Positions 6,368-13,830 of a stretch of DNA of 26,896 nucleotides are shown in pieces. Source of the DNA: a virus (taxonomy: Duplodnaviria; Caudoviricetes). The stretch is taken from the IMG/VR virus record IMGVR_UViG_3300005805_000391, positions 1 to 26,896 of that record; one strand, written 5' to 3'. The position numbers and the translations under genes are program-made. The notes beneath the pieces were generated by a model, which saw nothing but the letters and a program-made list of their open reading frames with translations, was not told the origin of the DNA and ran no database searches. The stretch's first letter is position 1. Every line of letters begins with the position of its first letter.

Positions 6368-7572
6368 TGCAATTGATGTTTATGACAGAAGAGATGCGAC
6401 TGAAGAAGGCTCACGTCGCCTTGATGCGCCATCCCGAGACGGCGCTGTATGCCGGGGTGATGATGATGGGCGAGTCGGAGGTGGTCGACTCTGAGATTAC
6501 TGCGTACACCGATGGTGTGAACAAGAAATATGGCAGGAAGTTCCTGTCGACTGTGTGCCGTGATCAGTTGGAGGTCAACGGTCTGGTGCTGCACGAGAAC
6601 CTGCACGTAGCCCTGCGTCAGTTGATCCACAACCGGGACTTGTTCAAGGAGAACCGCAAGCTGGCGAACATGGCCGCAGACTACGTGGTCAACGGCATCA
6701 TCATGTCTATTCATGACAAGAATCTGGTCAAGCTCCCCAAGGGTGGCCTGTATGACATGCGGTTCGTTGACATGAGCATGCGGGAGGTCTATCGCATCCT
6801 CAAGGAAGAAAGCGAGAGTGGGGGTGGTGGCGGCGGTGACGGCGGTGATGGTGGAGGTAGTGAGTCGGGTGGGTCCGACTATGAGTTTGACGAGCACGAC
6901 ATCAACGGTGATGCATCTGAAGAAGATGTACAGAAGATGAGTGACGACATCGACCGGGCGTTGCGCGAGGGTGCGTTGCTGGCTGGTAGGCTGGGGGTGG
7001 ACATACCCCGCGTTGTCAAGGACGCGCTCAAGCCGACAGTCAACTGGCGTGAAGCGTTGCGCGACTTCGTGTCTGCGTCATGCCGTGGCAAGGACGAGTA
7101 CACATGGCGCAAGTTCAACCGCAGGATGTTGGCCAACGATCTCTACTTACCATCCGTGGAGAATGAAACGATAGGTGAGGTGCTCATCGCCATCGACACT
7201 TCGGGTTCAATCGGTCAGCAACAGATCAACGAGTTCGCTACTGAGTTGTCCTCGATATGCGAGTCTGTTGAGCCGGACATGGTGCGCGTCCTGTGGTGGG
7301 ACACCAAGGTGCATGGTGAGCAGAAGTTCACGTCGCAGGACTATGGGCGCATTGGGTCGCTGCTCAAGCCCAAGGGTGGTGGGGGTACGAGGGTGAGTTC
7401 TGTCTCGGACTACATCAACAAGAACAAGATCAGCGCGGAGTGTGTGATCGTGTTCACCGACGGGTATCTTGAGAGCAATGTCACTTGGTCAGTATCTTCG
7501 CCTACGCTGTGGTTGGTAACGACCAACAGGTCGTGGACTCCTCCGTCTGGTAAGTTAGTTAATTTTCAGTGA
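6364..7572 (+). CDS. DUF2201-type metallopeptidase plus vWA domain protein
   Basis: HExxH (LHENLH) and NMAADY in the N-half; Gly/acidic linker; MIDAS DTSGS, GGGGT, VFTDG. Confidence 0.9.
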   Translation: MMQLMFMTEEMRLKKAHVALMRHPETALYAGVMMMGESEVVDSEITAYTDGVNKKYGRKFLSTVCRDQLEVNGLVLHENLHVALRQLIHNRDLFKENRKLANMAADYVVNGIIMSIHDKNLVKLPKGGLYDMRFVDMSMREVYRILKEESESGGGGGGDGGDGGGSESGGSDYEFDEHDINGDASEEDVQKMSDDIDRALREGALLAGRLGVDIPRVVKDALKPTVNWREALRDFVSASCRGKDEYTWRKFNRRMLANDLYLPSVENETIGEVLIAIDTSGSIGQQQINEFATELSSICESVEPDMVRVLWWDTKVHGEQKFTSQDYGRIGSLLKPKGGGGTRVSSVSDYINKNKISAECVIVFTDGYLESNVTWSVSSPTLWLVTTNRSWTPPSGKLVNFQ

Positions 7573-7582
7573 AAGGAAAGTC

Positions 7583-8533
7583 ATGTCTGTAAATATCGTG
7601 TCGGAATGGGCCGACAAGCAAGCAACCCAAGAGTTCCTCGACGAGAACGAATCGCTCAAGCGTTTTGCTTACGAGTTCTGCACCAAGTTCAACGTGTTTG
7701 TCAGCAGAGGAAGTTCTAACAGTTCGCGTATGTCTGTCGTATCTTCTGAGGGTCTACCGCTTGGTGAGATCAGCGTTGAAGATTCGTACAACAAAAATCA
7801 CGAGCGGGTGAAGGTATACGTCTACAGATCAGATCACATCACGAAGCGTACAAGCGCGGGTCATGTCGGGCGCGGCGGTAGGGCATCGGAGAAGATAAAG
7901 TCCCTTCTGGCCGTATTAAGCAAGAACAAGGAAATCCCTACGTGGGGGCAGCTTGTCGAGGGATTCAAGAACGGTGTGGCCTACGCGTTTCTTCAGACAC
8001 GCGGGCAGTTGCCAGACTTTCCGCGATTGAACGCCGAGGCGGCAGAGTACTTGTGTAAGCATTACCTCACCCCCGAGCAGGCGGGCACGGATCAAAACAT
8101 GCACAACGCAATCATAGAGGTTGTAAAAGCACATGAGGAGAAGGTCAAGGCAGCACTAGAGGCTGATGCATCACACAGTCGATTTGCCAAAGGCTGCACT
8201 CTCATTGGAGTTCCAAACCGTGACAATCACTATCTGGTCGGCAAGGTCCGACTCACTAAACCTGTGGACGGCAACAGAGTTGGGACCGGCGATATAACAA
8301 AGAACATGGAGATAACTGGCATCAGGCGGCTGGGCTCTTTGCATGAAGACGCCGCGCTTGGTGGACAAGCCGTGATTCTGAAGGAATATTTCCGTGGCAA
8401 GTTTGGTGAAGAGGGCAATGAGCTAGGCATCCATCGGACGGACAAGTACTTCCCAGAGGTCGACGTTGCTTGTGGATACAGCGGTGACTCTCCCTACACT
8501 TGGGTTCTCATTCCTGACACGCCTCCGCAATGA
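7583..8533 (+). CDS. Hypothetical phage protein (316 aa)
   Basis: Long ORF with AAGGA RBS, in operon. Confidence 0.85.
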   Translation: MSVNIVSEWADKQATQEFLDENESLKRFAYEFCTKFNVFVSRGSSNSSRMSVVSSEGLPLGEISVEDSYNKNHERVKVYVYRSDHITKRTSAGHVGRGGRASEKIKSLLAVLSKNKEIPTWGQLVEGFKNGVAYAFLQTRGQLPDFPRLNAEAAEYLCKHYLTPEQAGTDQNMHNAIIEVVKAHEEKVKAALEADASHSRFAKGCTLIGVPNRDNHYLVGKVRLTKPVDGNRVGTGDITKNMEITGIRRLGSLHEDAALGGQAVILKEYFRGKFGEEGNELGIHRTDKYFPEVDVACGYSGDSPYTWVLIPDTPPQ

Positions 8534-8862
8534 TTCTCATAAGTGACACCCCATTAGAAAGGCTAACTCCGTTCGTTCGTGCCGATGGTCTTTGTGTTGT
8601 GTACGCCTCAGTGAAAGAAGATGATTACTGTGTGTGCGTGGGCGACAAGCAACTAAGGTTCTACACGGACGACACGCTGCCTAACGAGATCAAAACTTCT
8701 ATTGCGATGATCCGAGCTTTTCCGAGATCAACACTTGACCAACAGTTTGAATACGGATACGCTCTCGATCCCGCGCTTAACGACATAGGCTGGCGAGTCA
8801 AGAATGATGTCTATGCGCTGGTGTTGGAACGCAAAGTGTTGGAAGGGATGAAGCTGGAATGA
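8530..8862 (+). CDS. Hypothetical phage protein (110 aa)
   Basis: ATGA overlaps at both ends. Confidence 0.8.
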   Translation: MILISDTPLERLTPFVRADGLCVVYASVKEDDYCVCVGDKQLRFYTDDTLPNEIKTSIAMIRAFPRSTLDQQFEYGYALDPALNDIGWRVKNDVYALVLERKVLEGMKLE

Positions 8863-9161
8863 CCCCAGAGAGCAAAGTCAAAGCTAAGGTCATAGCTGCC
8901 GTGAAGAAGGCAGGGGCGTACTACTGTATGCCTGTGACTGGAGGCTTTGGCAACTCGGGAGTACCCGACATACTAATCTGTCACAAGGGTAGATTCATTG
9001 CTGTGGAGTGCAAGGCTGGGAGAGGGAAGGTTACGGCCTTACAGCAACACAACATTGACTCTATCAAACAAGCTGGTGGCGTCGCGCTTGTGATCAACGA
9101 GAGCAACGTCGATGAGATCAAACTTTTACTGGAGGTAAATGATGAAAGCAAAACGAACTGA
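8859..9161 (+). CDS. VRR-NUC domain nuclease (Holliday-junction resolvase-like)
   Basis: MTPESKVK...GVPDILIC...FIAVECKA...TALQ, a PD-(D/E)xK VRR-NUC signature. Confidence 0.9.
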   Translation: MTPESKVKAKVIAAVKKAGAYYCMPVTGGFGNSGVPDILICHKGRFIAVECKAGRGKVTALQQHNIDSIKQAGGVALVINESNVDEIKLLLEVNDESKTN

Positions 9162-9324
9162 CCCGTGGATTCCCGTCGGGCATCCTGACTTCGTGTGGAC
9201 ATCAGGCGCTGATGTACAGAAGACATGGCGTAAGTACGGGTGGACCCCGCCGAGCGAGAAGCGTCCCCCTGTTGTGGTTGAGCCCAAGGAACCTGAATGG
9301 GTCTCGGTGCGGAGGGTCAAATGA
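9142..9324 (+). CDS. Hypothetical phage protein (~60 aa)
   Basis: GGAGG RBS at 9131-9135; start is 9139 or 9142. Confidence 0.7.
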   Translation: MKAKRTDPWIPVGHPDFVWTSGADVQKTWRKYGWTPPSEKRPPVVVEPKEPEWVSVRRVK

Positions 9325-9413
9325 CCAACTGCAAACACCGCTGGGAACCCGGCACGAACGAAGATCGCCCAGCGTACCGATGCACCCGCTGTGGTGAGTG
9401 GAGGTTTGTATGA
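9321..9413 (+). CDS. 30-aa Zn-ribbon-like microprotein (MTNCKHRWEPGTNEDRPAYRCTRCGEWRFV)
   Basis: Translated by hand; GGAGG RBS; ATGA overlaps at both ends; CxH...CxxC. Confidence 0.7.
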   Translation: MTNCKHRWEPGTNEDRPAYRCTRCGEWRFV

Positions 9414-9535
9414 GCGCATGGAAATTGGTTGTGGTCTGTTGCGTCCTGATAGTGGGTGCTCTTGCTGTACGAAATTGGCAGTGCGAAGAGATGTTTCCGC
9501 ACTCAAACAGACTTGCTTGCATCTTGTGGAAGTAA
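9410..9535 (+). CDS. 41-aa membrane/secreted microprotein
   Basis: Translated by hand (MSAWKLVVVCCVLIVGALAVRNWQCEEMFPHSNRLACILWK); GGAGG RBS. Confidence 0.65.
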   Translation: MSAWKLVVVCCVLIVGALAVRNWQCEEMFPHSNRLACILWK

Positions 9536-9547
9536 AGGAGAAGAACA

Positions 9548-9688
9548 ATGGATGACTACGACAAGGTCTTACAGGTCATCAAAGAGATGCGCCCCGCAGC
9601 GGCAGCGGTAAAGGACAAGCCCGCATCATGGTGGCTGGATCGGTTTGAAGAGGCCGTCAAGCAACTCAAGGAGAAGAACAATGGCTGA
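9548..9688 (+). CDS. 46-aa hypothetical protein
   Basis: Translated by hand (MDDYDKVLQV...KEKNNG); AAGGAG RBS. Confidence 0.7.
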   Translation: MDDYDKVLQVIKEMRPAAAAVKDKPASWWLDRFEEAVKQLKEKNNG

Positions 9689-9908
9689 AGAACAACGCTG
9701 GCCCGAGCCCGCCTATCTCACCAAAGATCACGCCATCAACATGACACTGCGGGACTACTTCGCGGCCAAGGCGATGCAAGTAATTTTGCAAGACCAATAT
9801 GAGGACGGAATTTATGTTGGAGATCGTGACAATGACTCCGAGCATGTTTGCGCTCAATCTGCATACACCATGGCCGACGCCATGCTTAAGGCAAGGAGGC
9901 AGGAATGA
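9681..9908 (+). CDS. Conserved phage protein of the MTLRDYFAAKAM family (75 aa)
   Basis: MTLRDYFAAKAMQ...AYTMADAMLKAR motif; AAGGAG RBS. Confidence 0.85.
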   Translation: MAEEQRWPEPAYLTKDHAINMTLRDYFAAKAMQVILQDQYEDGIYVGDRDNDSEHVCAQSAYTMADAMLKARRQE

Positions 9909-10078
9909 AAGAGCACACGACCAAAGATGACGACGACACCATGTGCTACCAATCAGAACTTGAGGCGGCGGTTAAAGCAGAACGCGAGGCGTGTGCGAAG
10001 GTGTGTGAGGATATGGGCATTGAAGGCTACGGCACATTGGCAATTGCAGCCGCCATCCGAGCAAGGGGGCAAGCATGA
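9905..10078 (+). CDS. 57-aa EREACAKVC-family phage protein
   Basis: Translated by hand: ...AEREACAKVCED...AAAIRARGQA; ATGA overlaps. Confidence 0.75.
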   Translation: MKEHTTKDDDDTMCYQSELEAAVKAEREACAKVCEDMGIEGYGTLAIAAAIRARGQA

Positions 10079-10434
10079 AAGATGACATCATCAAGATGGC
10101 GCGGGAGGCTGGGTTCAATCTGGAGCAGGGCTTTTTGCTGCGCGTGACAGGCATTGATGAAGACCTTGAACGCTTTGCCGCCCTTGTCGCCGCAGCCGAG
10201 CGCAACAAGGTGGCGCAGTGGATGATTGATCGCAGCTACGCCACCGGTCACGGTGACACGACCGAAGACCTGCTCAAAGAGCTTGAATGGCAGGTGCGTG
10301 AGTCCGAGCGCGAGGCGTGTGCGAAAGTGTGTGATGAATATGAGTGGGCTATGAACGCAGCCCAAGCAATCAGAGCAAGGGGACAAGACCCCATGCCTTT
10401 GTTCGACGACTGGCCCGGAGGATGGAAGAAATGA
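10075..10434 (+). CDS. EREACAKVC-family phage protein (119 aa)
   Basis: DIIKMAREAG, LERFAALVAAAER, EREACAKVC and AIRARG motifs. Confidence 0.85.
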   Translation: MKDDIIKMAREAGFNLEQGFLLRVTGIDEDLERFAALVAAAERNKVAQWMIDRSYATGHGDTTEDLLKELEWQVRESEREACAKVCDEYEWAMNAAQAIRARGQDPMPLFDDWPGGWKK

Positions 10435-10748
10435 TTCCAACATTAAACGGACGAGAGGTGTGCATTGGACTTGTGCGCGTCGAAGGAAGCACGAAAGATC
10501 GCCCGGGGTGGGTGTTCAAAGACACCGGGCAACCCGTTGAGCTATCTGATCTGCGTGATAGCAAAACCAAAAAGCGTGATCCCCGTAAGTACCCCCCATA
10601 CACCGCCGAAGAATGGTGGCTGCAAGAGCGGGACAACCAGCTTGCACTAGCCCAGCTTTATCACGACCGTCTGCACCCCGAACACTACAGAGTGTGGGAG
10701 TGCTTGTTCTTGTGGGCAACGCCAGACCTATGGAGAGACCCTGAATGA
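10431..10748 (+). CDS. Hypothetical phage protein (105 aa)
   Basis: ATG 10431 in ATGA overlap; GGAGG upstream. Confidence 0.7.
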   Translation: MIPTLNGREVCIGLVRVEGSTKDRPGWVFKDTGQPVELSDLRDSKTKKRDPRKYPPYTAEEWWLQERDNQLALAQLYHDRLHPEHYRVWECLFLWATPDLWRDPE

Positions 10749-10939
10749 TTGATCCAAACAAACTGCAATACCTGACGATGGCGGCACGGCTGCGCGGCTA
10801 CGCGGAGGGTCTCAACGACGAGTACGCAGCCAAATACGAAACGCTCATCCACACATTGAACAAGGCGGCAGACCTGCTTCAGGCAGTGTGGGATGAGCAC
10901 ACTCAGCAAGATGAAGAAAAACCCGGAGGTACAGATTGA
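10745..10939 (+). CDS. Hypothetical phage protein (64 aa)
   Basis: ATGA overlap; GGAG RBS. Confidence 0.7.
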   Translation: MIDPNKLQYLTMAARLRGYAEGLNDEYAAKYETLIHTLNKAADLLQAVWDEHTQQDEEKPGGTD

Positions 10940-11160
10940 AATGCCCTGTCTGCGGGAGACTTACCGAAGTCACATTGACACGCCGAAGGGATGACTATGT
11001 ATGGAGAAGACGCAAATGTAGCCAAGACCACAGATTCAGTACGCAAGAAACGATTGTCGTTGGAAGAGCAGGTGAAGACAGCATGGCCTTTCACGAGAGT
11101 CGATCCAAAACTTCTGGAGAGAGCGCACCGATTAGCAAGTCGGAAGACGCCGACTCCTGA
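10936..11160 (+). CDS. NrdR-like N-terminal zinc-ribbon protein (no ATP cone)
   Basis: TTG start after GGAGG; MKCPVCG...TR...WRRRKC..DHRFSTQE parallels the NrdR N-terminus. Confidence 0.75.
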   Translation: MKCPVCGRLTEVTLTRRRDDYVWRRRKCSQDHRFSTQETIVVGRAGEDSMAFHESRSKTSGESAPISKSEDADS

Positions 11161-11188
11161 CATTGACGCAGAACCTGCACCTTTTTAG
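11072..11188 (+). CDS. Possible 38-aa protein (MKTAWPFTRVDPKLLERAHR...EPAPF)
   Basis: 3' part of ORF 10991..11188; GTG 11072 after GGAAGAG; ends just before the RBS of the next gene. Confidence 0.5.
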   Translation: MKTAWPFTRVDPKLLERAHRLASRKTPTPDIDAEPAPF

Positions 11189-11197
11189 GAAATCATC

Positions 11198-11590
11198 ATG
11201 AAAAAACCCAACTTGACCCAGCGCATCCGCAACTACATCAAGAGCCATCCCGAAGCATCTCCCAAGGAGATCGCTACTGAGACCAAGACCAACCGCAAAC
11301 TTGTCTACGTTGTACGACATGGTTTGAAGAAAGCCGCACCCGCGCCCGTCATCCCGTCGAACACACTGACTATCTCGGTGGCAAAGAACCCGCAAGCTGA
11401 TCTTGTAAATCACCCGCCGCACTACAAGGTAGGCGGTATCGAGACCATTGACTTCATCGAAGCGAAGAAGCTCAACTACAACTTGGGCAACGTGGTCAAG
11501 TACATCACCCGCGCAGATCATAAGGGCAACCGCAAGGAAGACTTGGAGAAGGCGATGTGGTACTTGAAGCGCGAGATCAACGCTCTTTAA
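11198..11590 (+). CDS. DUF3310 (SaV / T7 gp1.7-like) protein with an N-terminal HTH-like domain
   Basis: DLVNHPPHY...IETIDFI...GNVVKYITRA..K...EDLEKAMWYL signature; N-terminal RIRNYIKSHPEASPKEIA helix pattern. Confidence 0.88.
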   Translation: MKKPNLTQRIRNYIKSHPEASPKEIATETKTNRKLVYVVRHGLKKAAPAPVIPSNTLTISVAKNPQADLVNHPPHYKVGGIETIDFIEAKKLNYNLGNVVKYITRADHKGNRKEDLEKAMWYLKREINAL

Positions 11591-11596
11591 TCAACC

Positions 11597-11617
11597 GCAG
11601 GGGGCTAGTCCCCCTGC
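11597..11617 (+). other. GC-rich hairpin at the early/replication boundary
   Basis: GCAGGGGG-CTAGT-CCCCCTGC, without a U-tract. Confidence 0.5.
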
Positions 11618-11630
11618 TCATGGAGGCATC

Positions 11631-11978
11631 ATGGAACTGCAACAAAGCATAAAACTGCTTGGGGATCACATCAGAGCTAATCCACAAGTAGTGGACACCT
11701 TTTCATCCGTGGTCAACAAGTATCACTATCGGCGGCTCATCGAGATGGTTGAGGACAACACGGACAAACTATTCAGTCCGGAAGAAGTTCAGTACATCAA
11801 AGATAGCGTCAAACATGCGAAGCAAGAAGTATTCTTTGGATGGGTGGTTGAAGTCATAGGCGGTGGTAGTCCTACACTCCCCTACGATGTGCCTCCTATG
11901 GCTATCACAAACATCAGTGGATTCAACGGGACTTCCGTAATTGCTAACGCGACTCTCACAAATGCTAATAACACTTGA
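11631..11978 (+). CDS. Hypothetical phage protein (115 aa)
   Basis: GGAGG RBS, ATG start. Confidence 0.75.
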   Translation: MELQQSIKLLGDHIRANPQVVDTFSSVVNKYHYRRLIEMVEDNTDKLFSPEEVQYIKDSVKHAKQEVFFGWVVEVIGGGSPTLPYDVPPMAITNISGFNGTSVIANATLTNANNT

Positions 11979-13830
11979 CTTTGAGACGTACTACAACGAC
12001 AGCGGCCTTGGCTTCAGAACACAAACGACCGAGGAGTATGTACGTGACCCGGCGTTTGAGATCATCGGTGTAGCGGTCCAAGTTGATGACGGAGAGCCCA
12101 AGTGGTTCTCAGGTTCGCACGATGAGATCAGAGTTTGGTTGAGACAATTTCCGTGGAAGCAGAGCATGGTGCTCGCCCACAACACGCAATTCGACGGAGC
12201 AATCCTTTCGTGGTGTTTTGGGATCAAGCCTATGGGTTGGCTCGATACGCTCTCGATGGCTCGGGCGCTCCACGGTGTTGAGGCGGGCGGCTCACTTGCC
12301 AAACTCGCTGAACGCTATAAGGTCGGTGTCAAAGGCGAAGAGGTTGTTCATGCCATAAACAAACGCCGTCTGGACTTTGCGCCGGACGACCTACAGCGGT
12401 ATGGCGAGTACTGCTGCAACGACGTGCGTCTGTGCTACGAGCTATTCGTGATCATGAGCAGGGACTTTCCGATGGAGGAACTACGCCTGATCGACATGAC
12501 TCTCAAGATGTTCACACACCCGCTGATGTGCCTAGACGAGGAGTTGCTGACGGAGCGCATCGAGGACTTGCTCAAAGAAAGGTCTGAACTACTTCAATCG
12601 CTCATGAGCCAGCTCAAGTGCTCCACTGAGGAAGAGGTTCGCAAGAAACTTTCTAGCAACAACATGTTTGCTGATGTGCTGCGCTCATTCAAAGTCGAAG
12701 TGCCGATGAAGCACAGTGAGAAGCAGGACAAAGACATACCTGCGCTTGCCAAGAAGGATGAGGGGTTCATCGCCCTGACCGAACACGAAGACCCGTTTAT
12801 TCAGCACCTCTGCTCCGTCCGACTCGGTACAAAGTCCACACTAGAGATCAAACGCATCGAGCGGTTCATTGAGATCGGTAGACGGAACAAGGGACTGCTG
12901 CCCATCCCGTTGAAGTATTACGGCGCGCACACAGGTCGCTGGTCGGGCATGGACAAGGTGAACTTCCAGAACTTGCCTAGCAGGGACAAGAAGAAAAAGG
13001 CGCTGAAGAAGGCCATCATCGCCCCAGAGGGCTATGTGGTGATGAACTCAGATTCGTCACAGATCGAGGCGCGCATGGTGGCGTGGCTGGCGGGACAAGA
13101 TGATGTAGTGCGGCAGTTTGCCAGCAAGCAGGATGTGTACTCCCTGTTTGCCACGGAGGTGTACGGTAAAACCATCACCAAAGCAAACGAGACTGAACGC
13201 TTCGTGGGTAAGACCTGCATTCTCGGATTGGGCTATGGCACAGGTGGCCCCAAGCTGCGGCATACCCTAGCTACATCGCAACCCGTGTCGGTACAAATCG
13301 ACGAGGATGAAGCCAAGCGTATTGTGAACATCTATCGTGAGAAGAACGACAAGATCGTCGAGCTATGGGGCGAGGCAGATCAGATGCTTGAGTCCATGAT
13401 GAGCGAGAAGCTCAAGAAGCCTCTGGCGTTTGGCAAGCATAGATGCGTGACCTATGACTCTGACGGGATCATCTTGCCCAATGGGTTTCGTATCAGATAT
13501 CCAAATCTACGCAGGGAGTGGGAGGACGGTAAATCCCGCGTGGTGTATGACTCTCGCAAAGGACCCGTGAGCATTTGGGGCGGAGGAGTCGTTGAGAACG
13601 TAGTGCAAGCGTTGGCTCGGATCGTAGTAGGGACGCAGATGGTCCAGATCAACGAGCACTACAGGGTTGTCCTGACGGTGCATGACGCGGCGGTGGTCGT
13701 TGTGCCGGAGGACGAGGCTGAAGAGGCTGTGCAGTTAATAACTGGCATCATGAGTAGCGCGCCGGAATGGGCCGACGGGCTACCTGTGGCATGTGAATGC
13801 AAATATGGAGGTTCGTATGGCGACTGCTGA
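11962..13830 (+). CDS. polA: Phage DNA polymerase family A with 3'-5' exonuclease
   Basis: Exo motifs LDFET, AHNTQFD, YCCND; motif A DSSQIEAR, motif B RFVGKTCILGLGYG, motif C TVHD. Confidence 0.95.
   Translation: MLITLDFETYYNDSGLGFRTQTTEEYVRDPAFEIIGVAVQVDDGEPKWFSGSHDEIRVWLRQFPWKQSMVLAHNTQFDGAILSWCFGIKPMGWLDTLSMARALHGVEAGGSLAKLAERYKVGVKGEEVVHAINKRRLDFAPDDLQRYGEYCCNDVRLCYELFVIMSRDFPMEELRLIDMTLKMFTHPLMCLDEELLTERIEDLLKERSELLQSLMSQLKCSTEEEVRKKLSSNNMFADVLRSFKVEVPMKHSEKQDKDIPALAKKDEGFIALTEHEDPFIQHLCSVRLGTKSTLEIKRIERFIEIGRRNKGLLPIPLKYYGAHTGRWSGMDKVNFQNLPSRDKKKKALKKAIIAPEGYVVMNSDSSQIEARMVAWLAGQDDVVRQFASKQDVYSLFATEVYGKTITKANETERFVGKTCILGLGYGTGGPKLRHTLATSQPVSVQIDEDEAKRIVNIYREKNDKIVELWGEADQMLESMMSEKLKKPLAFGKHRCVTYDSDGIILPNGFRIRYPNLRREWEDGKSRVVYDSRKGPVSIWGGGVVENVVQALARIVVGTQMVQINEHYRVVLTVHDAAVVVVPEDEAEEAVQLITGIMSSAPEWADGLPVACECKYGGSYGDC

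Noticed and set aside
6814-6860. GGT/GGC-rich low-complexity tract
   Set aside because: It encodes the Gly-rich linker typical of DUF2201-vWA proteins and is not an independent repeat element.
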